From Chloroflexota bacterium (lineage in GTDB: Bacteria > Chloroflexota > Limnocylindria > Limnocylindrales > CSP1-4), in contig JBFMAT010000005.1 of assembly GCA_040755495.1 (NCBI GenBank), positions 35,545-99,544 on the forward strand: a stretch of DNA of 64,000 nucleotides, in the 5' to 3' direction. The notes beneath the pieces were generated by a model that saw only the letters and a program-made list of their open reading frames with translations, made no database searches and was not told the origin of the DNA. How positions within the stretch are numbered: position 1 is the first letter of the stretch; each line of letters starts with the position of its first letter. Positions 1 to 12,089 of this stretch are shown here, piece by piece. Position numbers and translations under genes: made by a program.

Positions 1-850
1 CGCGCTGCGTCACTACGGCGTGGCGCTCCAACTGTCGCCGCGGGACGAGGCTGCGCTGCTCGGCCGCGCGCAGGCCCTCGCGGCGCTCGGGCGCCCGGGC
101 GAGGCCGCCGACGCGTACGACGCCCTGTCCGAGGCCCGGCTGTCCGGCGGCAAGCTCGCAGACGCCGTGGACGCCGCCCGGCGCGCCCTGGAGCTGGCCG
201 AGGGCCGCGAGCGACGGCGGACGCTCGCCCGGCTGATCGGGGAGCTGCGGGCGTCCGAGCCCGGCGAGCCTGGCAGGGCGGCGCTGGAGCAGGCCCTCGG
301 GGTGCTCGACGGGATGGCGATGCCGTCGATGGCGCCGGCGAGACCGTCGCGATCGAAGGGCACGCCGCCGGCCGCCGGCGAGGCCGGGCCCGCCGCGGAC
401 GAGGGGGTCGAGGCCGGGCCCGCGGCGGACGAGACCGAGGCGGCACCCGAGGTGCCCGAGGCGGAGGAGACGGCGCCCGCCGTGCCCGCCATCCGGGCGG
501 CGCTCGACCGGGACCTCCTGGAGGACGTGGACGCGGATACCCTGGCGCGTGCCGCCGACGCCGAGATCGACGCCGGGGACATGGCCGCGGCCCTCGGGCA
601 CCTCCTCGATCTCGCGGCCACGCATCGCCGCCAGGGCAGCGCCGAGGCGGCCATCGACGCCTGCTACGTCGGGCTCTCGCTTCGCCCGGATGACGTGGAC
701 CTGCACCTCGCGCTGGTCGAGCTCTATGACGACCGCGGCTGGACGGTGCTCGCGGCCGAGAAGCTGGACCTCCTCGAACGGATCGCGACGCTCGACGAGG
801 ACGCCGATGCGACCGCCCGCGTGGCCGCCGCGAGGACCCGGCCCGGCTGA
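1..850 (+). CDS. TPR-like repeat protein, C-terminal part (likely starts before the window)
   Basis: ORF 20..850 with helical TPR-like repeats (LLGRAQALAALGRPGEAADAY; ALGHLLDLAATHRRQG) around an Ala/Glu/Pro linker; no RBS before the alternative start at 20. Confidence 0.6.
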   Translation, partial: ALRHYGVALQLSPRDEAALLGRAQALAALGRPGEAADAYDALSEARLSGGKLADAVDAARRALELAEGRERRRTLARLIGELRASEPGEPGRAALEQALGVLDGMAMPSMAPARPSRSKGTPPAAGEAGPAADEGVEAGPAADETEAAPEVPEAEETAPAVPAIRAALDRDLLEDVDADTLARAADAEIDAGDMAAALGHLLDLAATHRRQGSAEAAIDACYVGLSLRPDDVDLHLALVELYDDRGWTVLAAEKLDLLERIATLDEDADATARVAAARTRPG

Positions 851-932
851 GCCGGCCGCCCGTCCCGGACCCCGGCACGCCCGATCGCCGCCGGCCGGGC
901 GGCCCGGGGCCCGGTGTTACACTCGCCCGAGG

Positions 933-1892
933 ATGCCCCCGTTGATCGAGTCGCTCGTCCAGCAGGCCACGCTGACGACGCTGCTCGACATCGCGATCAC
1001 GGCACTGTTCATCTACTGGCTGTTCAGCCTGATCCGGGGGACGCGGGCCGTCACGCTCGTGATCGGCGTCTCGATCCTGCTCGGCGTGTACGCCCTGGCG
1101 CAGGCCCTCGGGCTGCGGCTGTTCACCCAGCTGCTCCAGGCGGGCGCCGTCGTCGGCCTGTTCGCCCTCGTCGTCGTGTTCCAGCCGGAGCTGCGGCGTG
1201 CCCTCGAGCGGATCGGGCGCGTGGGCACGTTCGGCTGGCTGCTCGCGCCCGCCGAGCGCCGCCGGATCGAGCACGTGGCGGCGGAGGTCGCCGGGGCCGC
1301 CGGCCTGCTGTCACGGGAGGGTCACGGGGCGCTGATCGTCCTGGAGCGGGAGACGGGGCTCGAGGAGATCGCCGAGACGGGCGTGATGCTCCACGCCGAC
1401 CTGTCGCGCGAGCTGCTGTCCACGATCTTCATGCCCCGGACGGAGCTCCACGACGGGGCCGTGATCGTGCGCGGCGACGCGATCGTCGCCGCGGCCGCCC
1501 TGCTGCCGCTGACCGAGATGTCGCTCAGCGAGCGGTTCGGCACCCGCCACCGGGCGGCCCTGGGGATCACGGAGGACACCGACGCGGTGGCGATCGTCGT
1601 GTCCGAGGAGAGCGGCCAGATGAGCGTGGTGGAACGCGCCCGGATCGTCCGCGTCCCGACCGAGGCCCAGTTGGAGCGCGCGCTTCGGGCGCTGCTCGAG
1701 ACGCCCGCGGCGCCCCCGGGCCTGGGCCGCGCACGCGGGCCGTGGCGGGGCGGCGGGGCGGGCGGTCGGCTGCGGCTGACCCGCGGGCGCCCGCTGCGCG
1801 CCGAGCAGGCCGCCCCGGAGCCCGCGGTGCCGGAGACGCAGCTCGGGGCCGACGAGGAGGGCACGGCCGCCGCCGTGGTGACGCCGCGATGA
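933..1892 (+). CDS. cdaA: Diadenylate cyclase CdaA/DacA
   Basis: Three N-terminal TM helices, then a DAC domain with the HDGA and GTRHRAA motifs; ATG at 933. Confidence 0.95.
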   Translation: MPPLIESLVQQATLTTLLDIAITALFIYWLFSLIRGTRAVTLVIGVSILLGVYALAQALGLRLFTQLLQAGAVVGLFALVVVFQPELRRALERIGRVGTFGWLLAPAERRRIEHVAAEVAGAAGLLSREGHGALIVLERETGLEEIAETGVMLHADLSRELLSTIFMPRTELHDGAVIVRGDAIVAAAALLPLTEMSLSERFGTRHRAALGITEDTDAVAIVVSEESGQMSVVERARIVRVPTEAQLERALRALLETPAAPPGLGRARGPWRGGGAGGRLRLTRGRPLRAEQAAPEPAVPETQLGADEEGTAAAVVTPR

Positions 1893-3187
1893 ACATCGGC
1901 CGCCCGGCGCGACGCGCGCTCGCGTTCGTCGTCCACAACTGGCCGCTCAAGCTGGCCGCCATCGCGGTCGCCACGCTGCTGTACGCGGGCTTCGTGGTGT
2001 CGCAGGACAGCAACGTGTACCCGGGCCCGATCCCCGTCGGGCGCGCGAACCAGCCCTCGGACACCGTGGTGACCAACGACCTGCGCGACGTGGAGCAGAT
2101 CCGCTACATCGCGCCCGCCGACCTCGGGCGCCTCACCGCCAAGGACTTCCGGGCGACCGTCGACCTGGCCAACGTGACCCCCGACGGCTCGCCCGTCAGC
2201 GTCCGGGTGACCGTCGTGGCGATCGACCCGCGGGTCACGATCCTCGACTTCCGGCCGCAGTCGATCCAGGTGGTCCTCGACCAGTCGATCCCCAAGGTCG
2301 TCGACGTCGTCGTGGACCGCGGCTCGCCGCCGGCCGGCCTCGACATCGGCGAGGAGACGGTCGAGCCGGCGAGCGTCACCGTCACGGGCCCGTCGGTGGC
2401 CGTCAACCAGGTGGTCGCGGCCCGGGCCAGCGCCCCGATCGACGGCAGCGGCCTCGACGTGGACCGCGAGGTCGAGGTGGACGCGATCGACGCCGCCGGG
2501 GAGATCGTGACCGGGGTGGACATCGAGCCGCGGACCGTCCACGTCACGATCCCGATCTTCACCAACAAGCAGTCGCGGACGCTGCCCGTGAACCCGGTCC
2601 TGACCGGCACCCCGGCGGCCGGGTTCCGGATCGCGAGGATCGAGTTCGAGCCGCTGGTGGTCTCGGTCGAGGGCGACGGCGACCAGCTCGCCGAGCTCGT
2701 GCGGGCCGACACGGAGCCGGTCGGCGTGTTCGGCGCCACGAGCGACGTCGAGGCGACCGTCCTGCTCGCGCTGCCGCCCGGCGTCCTGCCGCTGGGCTCT
2801 ACGAGCGTGAAGGTCACGGTCGTGATCGAGCCGGTGACGGAGACCCGGACGTACTCCGCCGGCCTGCGCCTCGACGGCATGGTGCCCGGCTTGCGCTACT
2901 CGGCCGAGCTCCAACCGATCCTGCTCACGCTGTTCGGCTCGGTGGTGGACCTCGACATCCTGGGCTCGGCGCCGATCGTGATCGGCCTCAACGTGTCGGG
3001 GCTCGGGCCGGGCACCCACGAGGTGCCGGTGGTCCCGTCGGTGCCCTCGGGCGTGACCGTGGCCGCGATCTCGGTCGAGACGGTGACCGTCACCGTGACC
3101 GAGCCGCCGTCGCCATCGCCGGCGCCCGCGTCGCCGTCACCGTCACCATCGCCCTCGGACGGGGCGTCTCCGTCCGCGGCACCCTGA
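1889..3187 (+). CDS. cdaR: CdaR/YbbR-like regulator of diadenylate cyclase
   Basis: NWPLKLAAIAVA N-terminal anchor and repeated YbbR-like beta domains; ATGA overlap with cdaA. Confidence 0.9.
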   Translation: MNIGRPARRALAFVVHNWPLKLAAIAVATLLYAGFVVSQDSNVYPGPIPVGRANQPSDTVVTNDLRDVEQIRYIAPADLGRLTAKDFRATVDLANVTPDGSPVSVRVTVVAIDPRVTILDFRPQSIQVVLDQSIPKVVDVVVDRGSPPAGLDIGEETVEPASVTVTGPSVAVNQVVAARASAPIDGSGLDVDREVEVDAIDAAGEIVTGVDIEPRTVHVTIPIFTNKQSRTLPVNPVLTGTPAAGFRIARIEFEPLVVSVEGDGDQLAELVRADTEPVGVFGATSDVEATVLLALPPGVLPLGSTSVKVTVVIEPVTETRTYSAGLRLDGMVPGLRYSAELQPILLTLFGSVVDLDILGSAPIVIGLNVSGLGPGTHEVPVVPSVPSGVTVAAISVETVTVTVTEPPSPSPAPASPSPSPSPSDGASPSAAP

Positions 3188-3239
3188 CGATCCCGGGCCG
3201 GGCCAGGCCAGTCGATCCCCTGATGCACCAAGGAGCAGC

Positions 3240-4574
3240 ATGACCCGCCTGTTCGGCACGGATGGAATCCGAGGCGCGGCGAACGTCGACCTTCGGCCGT
3301 CGCTCGCCTTCGCCCTCGGCCGGGCGACGGCCCATCACCTGGTGGGCCCCGGCGGGGCGCTCGTGGTCGGCCAGGACACGCGGCGCTCCGGCGACATGTT
3401 CGTGTCCGCGATCACCGCCGGCGCCACGAGCATGGGCGTCGACGTCCACCGGGTCGGCGTCGTGCCCACCCCGGCGCTCGCGTTCCTGGCCGGCACCGGC
3501 GACTTCGCGGCCGGGATCATGGTGTCGGCCTCGCACAACCCGGCCGAGGACAACGGCCTCAAGGTGCTCGACCCGCGCGGCCTCAAGCTGGACGACGACG
3601 TCGAGGACGAGCTGGAGGCCGTGATCCTCCGCGCCGACGAGCTGCCGGGCGTGCCGCCGGCGGGCATCGGGCGCGAGGTCGATGCGCGCGGGCTGCTGGA
3701 CCGCTACCTGGCCCACCGGTCCGGGCTCGCCCGGGCCGTGCGCGGGAGCGGGCTCCACGTCGTGCTCGACGCCGCCAACGGCGCGGCGCACCAAGTGGGG
3801 CCGGAGCTGCTGCGGGCCACCGGCGCCCGCGTCACGGTGATCCACGACGCGCCCGACGGCGACAACATCAACCTGGAGTGCGGCGCAACCCACCCGGCCT
3901 CGCTCGCCGAGGCGGTCACGGCGCTGGGCGCCGACGTGGGCTTCGCGCTCGACGGCGACGCGGACCGGTGCGTCGCGGTGGACACCGACGGGCAGCTCGT
4001 GGACGGCGACCAGGTCCTGGGCATCCTCGCCCTCGAGCGGCTGGCCCGGGGCGCGCTCGACAACGGCAGCCTCGTCGTGTCCGTGCTGTCCAACGGCGGG
4101 CTCCAGCACGCGGTCGAGGCCGCCGGCGGACGGATCGTCCGGACCCCTGTCGGGGACAAGCACATCCTGGCGGCGATGCTGGTGTCCGGCGCGGGCCTGG
4201 GCGGCGAGAAGAGCGGGCACGTGATCGTCCGCGAGCACACGACCTCGGGCGACGGGATCGTGACCGCCCTCGAGCTGCTGCGCGTCATGACCGCGGCCGG
4301 CTCCGGCCTCGGGGCGCTCGCCGTCGCCGTCCCGCTGCTGCCGCAGCAACAGCGGGCGATCCGGGTCCGGCACCGCGACCAGTGGGACAACGACGACGTC
4401 CTGCGGCAGGCGATCGTGGACGCGGAGGCGAGGCTGGCCCCGGACGGAAGGATCCTCGTCCGGCCGTCGGGCACCGAGCCCGTGCTCCGGGTGATGGTCG
4501 AGGGTCACGACGCCGCCGAGGTGGTCGAGATCGCCGACGCGATCGCGACGCTCGCAGGGGAGCGTCTACACTAG
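3240..4574 (+). CDS. glmM: Phosphoglucosamine mutase
   Basis: LFGTDGIRG, SASHNP, DGDADR, GGEKSGH and RPSGTEP motifs; AAGGAG RBS. Confidence 0.97.
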   Translation: MTRLFGTDGIRGAANVDLRPSLAFALGRATAHHLVGPGGALVVGQDTRRSGDMFVSAITAGATSMGVDVHRVGVVPTPALAFLAGTGDFAAGIMVSASHNPAEDNGLKVLDPRGLKLDDDVEDELEAVILRADELPGVPPAGIGREVDARGLLDRYLAHRSGLARAVRGSGLHVVLDAANGAAHQVGPELLRATGARVTVIHDAPDGDNINLECGATHPASLAEAVTALGADVGFALDGDADRCVAVDTDGQLVDGDQVLGILALERLARGALDNGSLVVSVLSNGGLQHAVEAAGGRIVRTPVGDKHILAAMLVSGAGLGGEKSGHVIVREHTTSGDGIVTALELLRVMTAAGSGLGALAVAVPLLPQQQRAIRVRHRDQWDNDDVLRQAIVDAEARLAPDGRILVRPSGTEPVLRVMVEGHDAAEVVEIADAIATLAGERLH

Positions 4575-4623
4575 CCCGGCCGCGGCGGCCCGCGGCGGAT
4601 CCGGAGGGAGAACCACCAGCGGC

Positions 4624-6453
<1,830 letters not shown>

Positions 6454-6455
6454 CC

Positions 6456-7100
6456 ATGCAACCCTCCGAGGTCCGAGGCGACGCTCCTGCGAGCCATCGG
6501 CCCGAGGATGACGCGCCCAGGAGCCATCGGCCCGAGGCTGACCCCGTCATCCCGCCTGGCACGGTGCCGCCGGGCACCACGGAGCTGGGCATCGACATCA
6601 TCAAGGTGGACCGGATCCGGGCCACGATGGCGCGCTTCGGCGAGCGGTTCAGCAAGCGGGTCCTGACCGCCGGCGAGCGACGCTACGTCCGCGACCGGCC
6701 GGAGACGTTCGCCGGCCGATGGGCGGCCAAGGAGGCCGTGTCCAAGGTCCTGGGCCTCGGGGTCCGCGGCATCGGCTGGACGGAAATCGAGATCGAGCGC
6801 CTGCCCACCGGCCAGCCGTCGGTGCGCCTCCACGGCCGCGCCGCCCAGCGCGCCGAGCAGCTGGGGATGGCGCGGATCGCGGTCTCGATCAGCCACGAAT
6901 CGGAGTACGCGGTGGCGGTGGCGTTCGGCGTCCGGACCGCCGGCGGGCGCTACGTCTTCCCGCTCGACATCGACGCCCGCCTGGACGACCGGGAGCGCCA
7001 GCTGATGGCGCGGTTCGAGCGCATGCGGGAGCTCCACGAGGCGACCCGGGCGATGGCCGCCGAGGTCGAGACCCGCGGCGGGGCGGACGGCGATGGCTGA
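6456..7100 (+). CDS. acpS: Holo-ACP synthase with N- and C-terminal extensions
   Basis: GIDII, FAGRWAAKEAVSKVLG and VSISHE motifs. Confidence 0.92.
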   Translation: MQPSEVRGDAPASHRPEDDAPRSHRPEADPVIPPGTVPPGTTELGIDIIKVDRIRATMARFGERFSKRVLTAGERRYVRDRPETFAGRWAAKEAVSKVLGLGVRGIGWTEIEIERLPTGQPSVRLHGRAAQRAEQLGMARIAVSISHESEYAVAVAFGVRTAGGRYVFPLDIDARLDDRERQLMARFERMRELHEATRAMAAEVETRGGADGDG

Positions 7101-8202
7101 CCGGCGCCCCGTCGGGTTCGGGCGGCGCGAGGGAGCGAGCGCGGGGGCCGGAACGGCCACGGCCGTGCCGGCGGGCTCGGTGCTCCTCGACGACGAGGCG
7201 ATGGCCCGGCTCCTGCCGGACCGCGACGCGCGGGGGCACAAGGGGACGTTCGGCAAGCTGCTGGTGGTGGCCGGCTCGCTCGACTACGCGGGCGCCGCGT
7301 TGCTCGTGTGCCGTGCCGCCGGTCGCGCGGGGGCGGGCCTGGTGACGCTCGCGGTGCCCGAGAGCCTCCAGCCGCTGTTCGCCGCCAAGGTCGTGGAGGC
7401 GACGACGATGGCGCTGCCCGAGGACGACGTCGAGGAGGTGGACCCGGAGCCCGCCCTCGCCAAGATCCTCGACCACGAGCACGACGCGCTGGTGATCGGC
7501 CCCGGCCTCCGGCCCGCCCTGGCGACGGCGGACCTGCTGCGGCTCCTGCTCACGATCCCCGAGGAGCCGGCGGCCCCGGCGGTGCTGGACGCCGAGGCGC
7601 TCCGGACGCTCGCGTCGGCCGACGCGTGGTGGGACTCCGTGACCCGGCCATGCGTGCTGACGCCCCACGCCGGCGAGTTCGCACGCCTGCGGGCCGGTGC
7701 CGGCCATGACGCCACCGCGGACGGCGACCTGCGGGACGACGATGGGGCCCGGGTTCGGGCGGCCGCCGCCGCGGCCGCGGAGTGGCGACAGGTCGTGGTC
7801 CTCAAGGGCGCCCGGACGGTGATCGCGTCGCCGGACGGCACGACGGCCGTGGCGCCGTTCGAGAACCCGGCCATGGCGTCCGGCGGGACCGGCGACGTCC
7901 TGTCCGGGACGATCGGCGCGCTGCTCGCCCAGGGCCTCGCGCCCTACGACGCGGCGCGGCTCGGGGTCTACCTCCACGGCCTGGCGGGCGATGCGGTGCG
8001 CGATCGGATCGGCGACGCGGGCCTGCTCGCGGGCGACCTCCCGGACGCGATCCCGCTCGCGCGCAAGCGCCTCGCCGGGATCGCGGAGCGCCTGCGGGGT
8101 GGCCGCCGGCTCGGGTTCGGGTCGCGCGGCGGCGAGGCGCATGGCGGCGAGGCACGCGGCCGCGAGGCCGGCGAGCCCGGGCCCGATCCCGCCACGGGAT
8201 GA
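7093..8202 (+). CDS. nnrD: ADP-dependent NAD(P)H-hydrate dehydratase (no epimerase domain)
   Basis: HKGTFG, GPGL, VLTPHAGEF, VVVLKGA and MASGGTGDVL motifs. Confidence 0.92.
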   Translation: MADRRPVGFGRREGASAGAGTATAVPAGSVLLDDEAMARLLPDRDARGHKGTFGKLLVVAGSLDYAGAALLVCRAAGRAGAGLVTLAVPESLQPLFAAKVVEATTMALPEDDVEEVDPEPALAKILDHEHDALVIGPGLRPALATADLLRLLLTIPEEPAAPAVLDAEALRTLASADAWWDSVTRPCVLTPHAGEFARLRAGAGHDATADGDLRDDDGARVRAAAAAAAEWRQVVVLKGARTVIASPDGTTAVAPFENPAMASGGTGDVLSGTIGALLAQGLAPYDAARLGVYLHGLAGDAVRDRIGDAGLLAGDLPDAIPLARKRLAGIAERLRGGRRLGFGSRGGEAHGGEARGREAGEPGPDPATG

Positions 8203-8221
8203 GCGCCGCCGCCGATCCCGG

Positions 8222-9550
8222 ATGAGCCCGGCCCGGCGCCCGCCGATCGAGCTCCGTCTCGCCCGCGCCGGGCTGCCGCCCCTGCCCCGGACCGCCTGGC
8301 TGGAGCTGGACCTCGACGCCCTGCGGTCCAACCTCGGGATCCTGCGCGCCATCGTGGGGCCGGGGGTCCGCGTGGAGCCCGTGGTCAAGGCCGACGCCTA
8401 CGGGCACGGCGCCGGGCCGATCGCGCTGGCGCTCGAGGATGCCGGCGCCGACGGCCTGTCCGTCGCCACGCTCGACGAGGGCCTGGAGCTGCGCGCGGCC
8501 GGCGTGACGCTGCCGATCCTCGTGCTGTACCCGATCCCGCCCGACGGGGTCGGGGACGCGGCGCGGGCGGGGATCGCCACCACCACCGGGCCCGGCCTGC
8601 TCAACGCGAGGCTGCTCGTGGCGGCGGCGGCCTGGAGCGCGTCCGCCGACGCCCGCGACCGGCCGCTCGAGGTCCACATCGAGGTCGAGACCGGGCTGGG
8701 CCGGGGCGGGGTGCTGCCCGAGATGGTGCCCACGGCCGTGGGGGTCGCGCTGACGGCGCCCGGCGTCCGGCTGTCGGGCGTGTGGACGCACCTCGCCGCG
8801 GCCGACGACCGCGCCAGCGCCGTCGGGCAGGACGAGGCCTTCGGCCAGGCGCTGGCGCCGCTGGTCGATGCGCTGCACTGGGGCCCCGACGCCGTGCGCC
8901 GCCACTTCGCGGGCAGCGGCGGCGTGCTGGCCCCGGGGCTCCGGCGCTGGGACTCGGTGCGCACCGGGCTGTCGATCTACGGCCTGGTCCCCGACGCCCT
9001 GGCGTCACGGCCCGAGGTGGTCGGGCCCGCCGCGGGGCTGCGGCCCGTGATGGCGCTCCTGGCCCGGCCGGTCCGCGTGCTGGAGCTGCCCGGCGGCCAC
9101 GGCGTGAGCTACGGCCCGTCGTTCGTGACCGCGCGGCGCTCGCGGATCGCGACGCTCCCCGTGGGCTACGGCGACGGCTGGCGGCGGGACTTCTCCGACG
9201 CCTCCGAGGCACTTGTGAGGGGGGTGCGGGTGCCGTTCGTGGGGCGGGTCGCGATGGACGCGGTGATGGCGGACGTGACGGACGTACCGGTGCCGGCGGT
9301 CACCGAGGACGACGAGTTCGTACTCCTGGGCGAGCAGGGCGGCGAGCGGATCACGGCCCTCGAGCTCGCCGCGACGGCCGGGACGATCAGCTACGAGGTG
9401 GTCACGGCCATGGCCCGCCGGCTGCCGCGGGTGTACCATGCCGCGGGTTCACCCGTGGGGATTCGGACGCTCGCGGGCGGGAGGTCCGATTGGCGCGAAT
9501 CGAGCTCTGGAACGGCGACATCTGCGACCTCGAGGTCGATGCCATCGTGA
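8222..9550 (+). CDS. alr: Alanine racemase
   Basis: VVKADAYGHG (PLP-binding lysine), HIEVETGLGRGG, VSYG, GYGDG, GRVAMD, TISYE. Confidence 0.96.
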   Translation: MSPARRPPIELRLARAGLPPLPRTAWLELDLDALRSNLGILRAIVGPGVRVEPVVKADAYGHGAGPIALALEDAGADGLSVATLDEGLELRAAGVTLPILVLYPIPPDGVGDAARAGIATTTGPGLLNARLLVAAAAWSASADARDRPLEVHIEVETGLGRGGVLPEMVPTAVGVALTAPGVRLSGVWTHLAAADDRASAVGQDEAFGQALAPLVDALHWGPDAVRRHFAGSGGVLAPGLRRWDSVRTGLSIYGLVPDALASRPEVVGPAAGLRPVMALLARPVRVLELPGGHGVSYGPSFVTARRSRIATLPVGYGDGWRRDFSDASEALVRGVRVPFVGRVAMDAVMADVTDVPVPAVTEDDEFVLLGEQGGERITALELAATAGTISYEVVTAMARRLPRVYHAAGSPVGIRTLAGGRSDWRESSSGTATSATSRSMPS

Positions 9551-10119
9551 GTCCGGCCGGGACATCGCTGTGGATGTCCACGGGGATCGCTGGCGAGATC
9601 AAACGAGTCGGCGGGGACGACATCGAGTTCGCGGCGATCCGGCAGGCCCCGGTCACGCTGGGCGACGCGGTCGTGACGCCGGCCGGCCGGCTGGCCGCCA
9701 AGGTCGTGGTCCACGCGGTCTCGCTGGAGCGCGACCGGCGGACGAACGCCGCGGCGCTCGACCGTGCGGCGCGCAACGCGATGGCGCGCGTGCGGGAGCT
9801 CGGTCTCACGAGCGTCGCGTTCCCGGCCCTCGGCACCGGCGTCGGCGGGTTCCCGCTGGCCGAGGCGGCGCGGATCGCGGTGGACGCGGTGCGTGACGAG
9901 CTCGGGGTGCCGTCCTCGATCGAGCACGTGATCTTCGCGCTCCGAGGCGCGGCGGCGTACGAGGCCTTCGCCCGCGCGCTGTCCGCCGGCGAGCCCGCGC
10001 CGTCGCGGCCCGTGCTCGCGCTGCCCGCCTGGCGCCCGGTCGGGCCGGGCGTGGAGGCGATCACGGCCCCGGTGCATCGTGGCGGGGGCGAGGGACCGAC
10101 GGGCGAGCCCGCCGGATGA
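9490..10119 (+). CDS. Macro-domain (ADP-ribose-binding) protein
   Basis: GDICDLEVDAIVSPA, VVHAV and VAFPALGTGVGGF motifs; probable TTG start overlapping the end of alr. Confidence 0.88.
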   Translation: MARIELWNGDICDLEVDAIVSPAGTSLWMSTGIAGEIKRVGGDDIEFAAIRQAPVTLGDAVVTPAGRLAAKVVVHAVSLERDRRTNAAALDRAARNAMARVRELGLTSVAFPALGTGVGGFPLAEAARIAVDAVRDELGVPSSIEHVIFALRGAAAYEAFARALSAGEPAPSRPVLALPAWRPVGPGVEAITAPVHRGGGEGPTGEPAG

Positions 10120-10406
10120 GCTTCCCCATGGAACCGCTCGACGAGCGGCGCGAGGCGCTCGTCGAGGCGGTCGCGCGCGAGATCCGGCTGCGTGGCCTGA
10201 CGGGTCCTGCCGTCCACTTCCTCGAGGCGAGCCGGCCGTACCGGCCGCTCGGCGCCCCGGCCATGCTGTTCTTCGATCCCGTGCTCCGCGACCTGTTCGG
10301 CGGGGAGCTGCCGTCGGCCAGCGAGCTGCTGCGCGACGACCTGGGGATCGAGGCGCTGATCGACCGCCTCGAGGAGCTCGACGACTCGGACGGCTGGGAC
10401 GCCTAG
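10116..10406 (+). CDS. Small hypothetical protein
   Basis: ATGA-coupled to the macro-domain gene; typical GC3 codon usage. Confidence 0.7.
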   Translation: MSFPMEPLDERREALVEAVAREIRLRGLTGPAVHFLEASRPYRPLGAPAMLFFDPVLRDLFGGELPSASELLRDDLGIEALIDRLEELDDSDGWDA

Positions 10407-10478
10407 GCCCGGGCCCGCCGGGCGCGGTCGCGCACCCCGGGGCCGGGCGATCCACGCGCCGCTGGTAGCATCGGCCCG

Positions 10479-12089
10479 GTGAGCAGCGAACCCCGGGCCT
10501 TCGCCACGGTCGATCAGGGCACGGCCACCGTCGCCGTCTCGCTGCTGGGTCGCTTGGACGGGCGCTGGCGACTGCTGGGATCCACCGCCGCGCCGGCCAG
10601 CGTCCCGGCCGACGCGCTGCTCCACCGGCTCCGGGCGCGCCTCGACGCCGCCGATCCCGGCCTCGCGGCAGGCGTGGGCCTCGCCGCAGCCGAGGCCGTC
10701 GCGGACCTGCCGCGGGTCGAGTCCCGCACGACCCCGCCCCCGGTCCTCGTGGTGGTGGCGGCCACCGAGCGCGTCGTGCGGCCGCTGGCGGCCGCGGCCG
10801 CGACGGCCGGCTGGCGCGTCCGCGCCATGGCCCTCGAGGGCGCCGAGATCCTGTCCATCGCGTCGGCGCTCGCGGACCCGTCGGTGACCGCGGTGCTGGC
10901 CGGTGCCTCGGACCCGCCGGGCGCGGACGAGCGGCCGCTGGTCGGCGAGCTCGCCGCCCTGGCCGCGGCGGCGACCCAGCGACGGCCGGACCTGGTCCTC
11001 GTGCTCGCCGGCGGCATGTCGGACGCCGTGAACCGGACCGGCCTGCCGGTCGCGCACGACCGGCCCGGGGCCACGCTGCTCGCGCCGGCGGTGGCGACGG
11101 CGGACGGCGCTCGCCTCCGCGAGCTCCTCGACGGTGTTCGCGGCGGGGCGTCGGACGGCCGGCGAGCCCTGGCCACGTCGACGGCCACGCTGGCCGAGGT
11201 GCTCCGCCGGCGGATCGAGGTCGTCGAGGTCGGCCAGTCGGCGGGTGCGCGGGTCGCGGCCGCGTGGGCGCCCGGGGCCCCGGCGGTGTCCGTGACCTGG
11301 GCGACCGTCGCCGGCGCCGCGCTCATCCCGCCGGGCGCCGACGACACCGTCGTGGACGAGATCGCGGGCTGGCTCGCGGCACCCCTCGACCGGCTGCGCC
11401 TGCGGGACCGGCTGCGCGAGCTCGCGGTGGCACCGTGGGGCGACGCCACCGGCGAGGGCGCCCAGGTCAGGCTCGCCGCCGCCCGGGCCGCGGTGGCCCG
11501 GCTCGCCGGGGCGACGCCGGCCTTCGACGCCCTGCCGGCCCCCGACCTCGTGGTGGCCGCGGGCGGGGCCTGGTCGGTCGCCCCGGGGCCGGCAGTCGCG
11601 CTCGCGCTGGCCGACGTGCTGCGCCGGCCGGGCGTTCGCGCGCTCGGGCTGGACCACGCGAGCCTGCTGGGGCCGCTGGGCACGATCGAGGACGAGGCCG
11701 AGCGGCGGCGCGTCGTCGCGGACCTGCGCGACGAGCTGCTGCTGCCGCTGGGCAGCGTGCTGATGCCCGGCGCGCTCCGGGCCGGGCACTCGGCCGGCCG
11801 ACTCGGCATCGTGGCCGCGGACGGTCCCGTGGAGCTCGACCTCGTCCCCGGCGGGCTGGAGCTCGTGGACCTGCCGCCGGGCAGCCGGGCCATCGTGGAC
11901 GTGCGCTTCCGCGACACGGTTGACCTCGGGCTGCGCGGGCGGCAGTTCGCGCTCGAGGTCGCCGGCGGCCTCGGCGGGCTGCTCGTCGACCTGCGGGGCA
12001 TCCCGATGCGCCTGCCCGACCGCCTCGAGCGGCGGCGCGAGCTGCTGGCCGCGTGGCAGGGGGCGCTTTGGACGGGGGTCGACGCGTGA
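10479..12089 (+). CDS. Glutamate-mutase-L (GlmL/MutL)-like, actin-fold protein
   Basis: N-terminal VDQGTATV (ASKHA-like phosphate loop), EVVEVGQS, DLVVAAGG and C-terminal GGLGGLLVDLRGIP, which resemble the GlmL-like family. Confidence 0.65.
   Translation: MSSEPRAFATVDQGTATVAVSLLGRLDGRWRLLGSTAAPASVPADALLHRLRARLDAADPGLAAGVGLAAAEAVADLPRVESRTTPPPVLVVVAATERVVRPLAAAAATAGWRVRAMALEGAEILSIASALADPSVTAVLAGASDPPGADERPLVGELAALAAAATQRRPDLVLVLAGGMSDAVNRTGLPVAHDRPGATLLAPAVATADGARLRELLDGVRGGASDGRRALATSTATLAEVLRRRIEVVEVGQSAGARVAAAWAPGAPAVSVTWATVAGAALIPPGADDTVVDEIAGWLAAPLDRLRLRDRLRELAVAPWGDATGEGAQVRLAAARAAVARLAGATPAFDALPAPDLVVAAGGAWSVAPGPAVALALADVLRRPGVRALGLDHASLLGPLGTIEDEAERRRVVADLRDELLLPLGSVLMPGALRAGHSAGRLGIVAADGPVELDLVPGGLELVDLPPGSRAIVDVRFRDTVDLGLRGRQFALEVAGGLGGLLVDLRGIPMRLPDRLERRRELLAAWQGALWTGVDA

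Noticed and set aside
4575-4623. glmS ribozyme
   Set aside because: The intergenic gap is only 49 nt and lacks the ribozyme core
6491-6537. 17-bp direct repeat with 30-nt period in the acpS 5' region
   Set aside because: Only two copies, in frame (SHRPE), within a low-complexity N-terminal extension
10479-12089. Functional glutamate mutase pathway
   Set aside because: No mutase E or S subunit genes in the window; only a GlmL-like fold is supported
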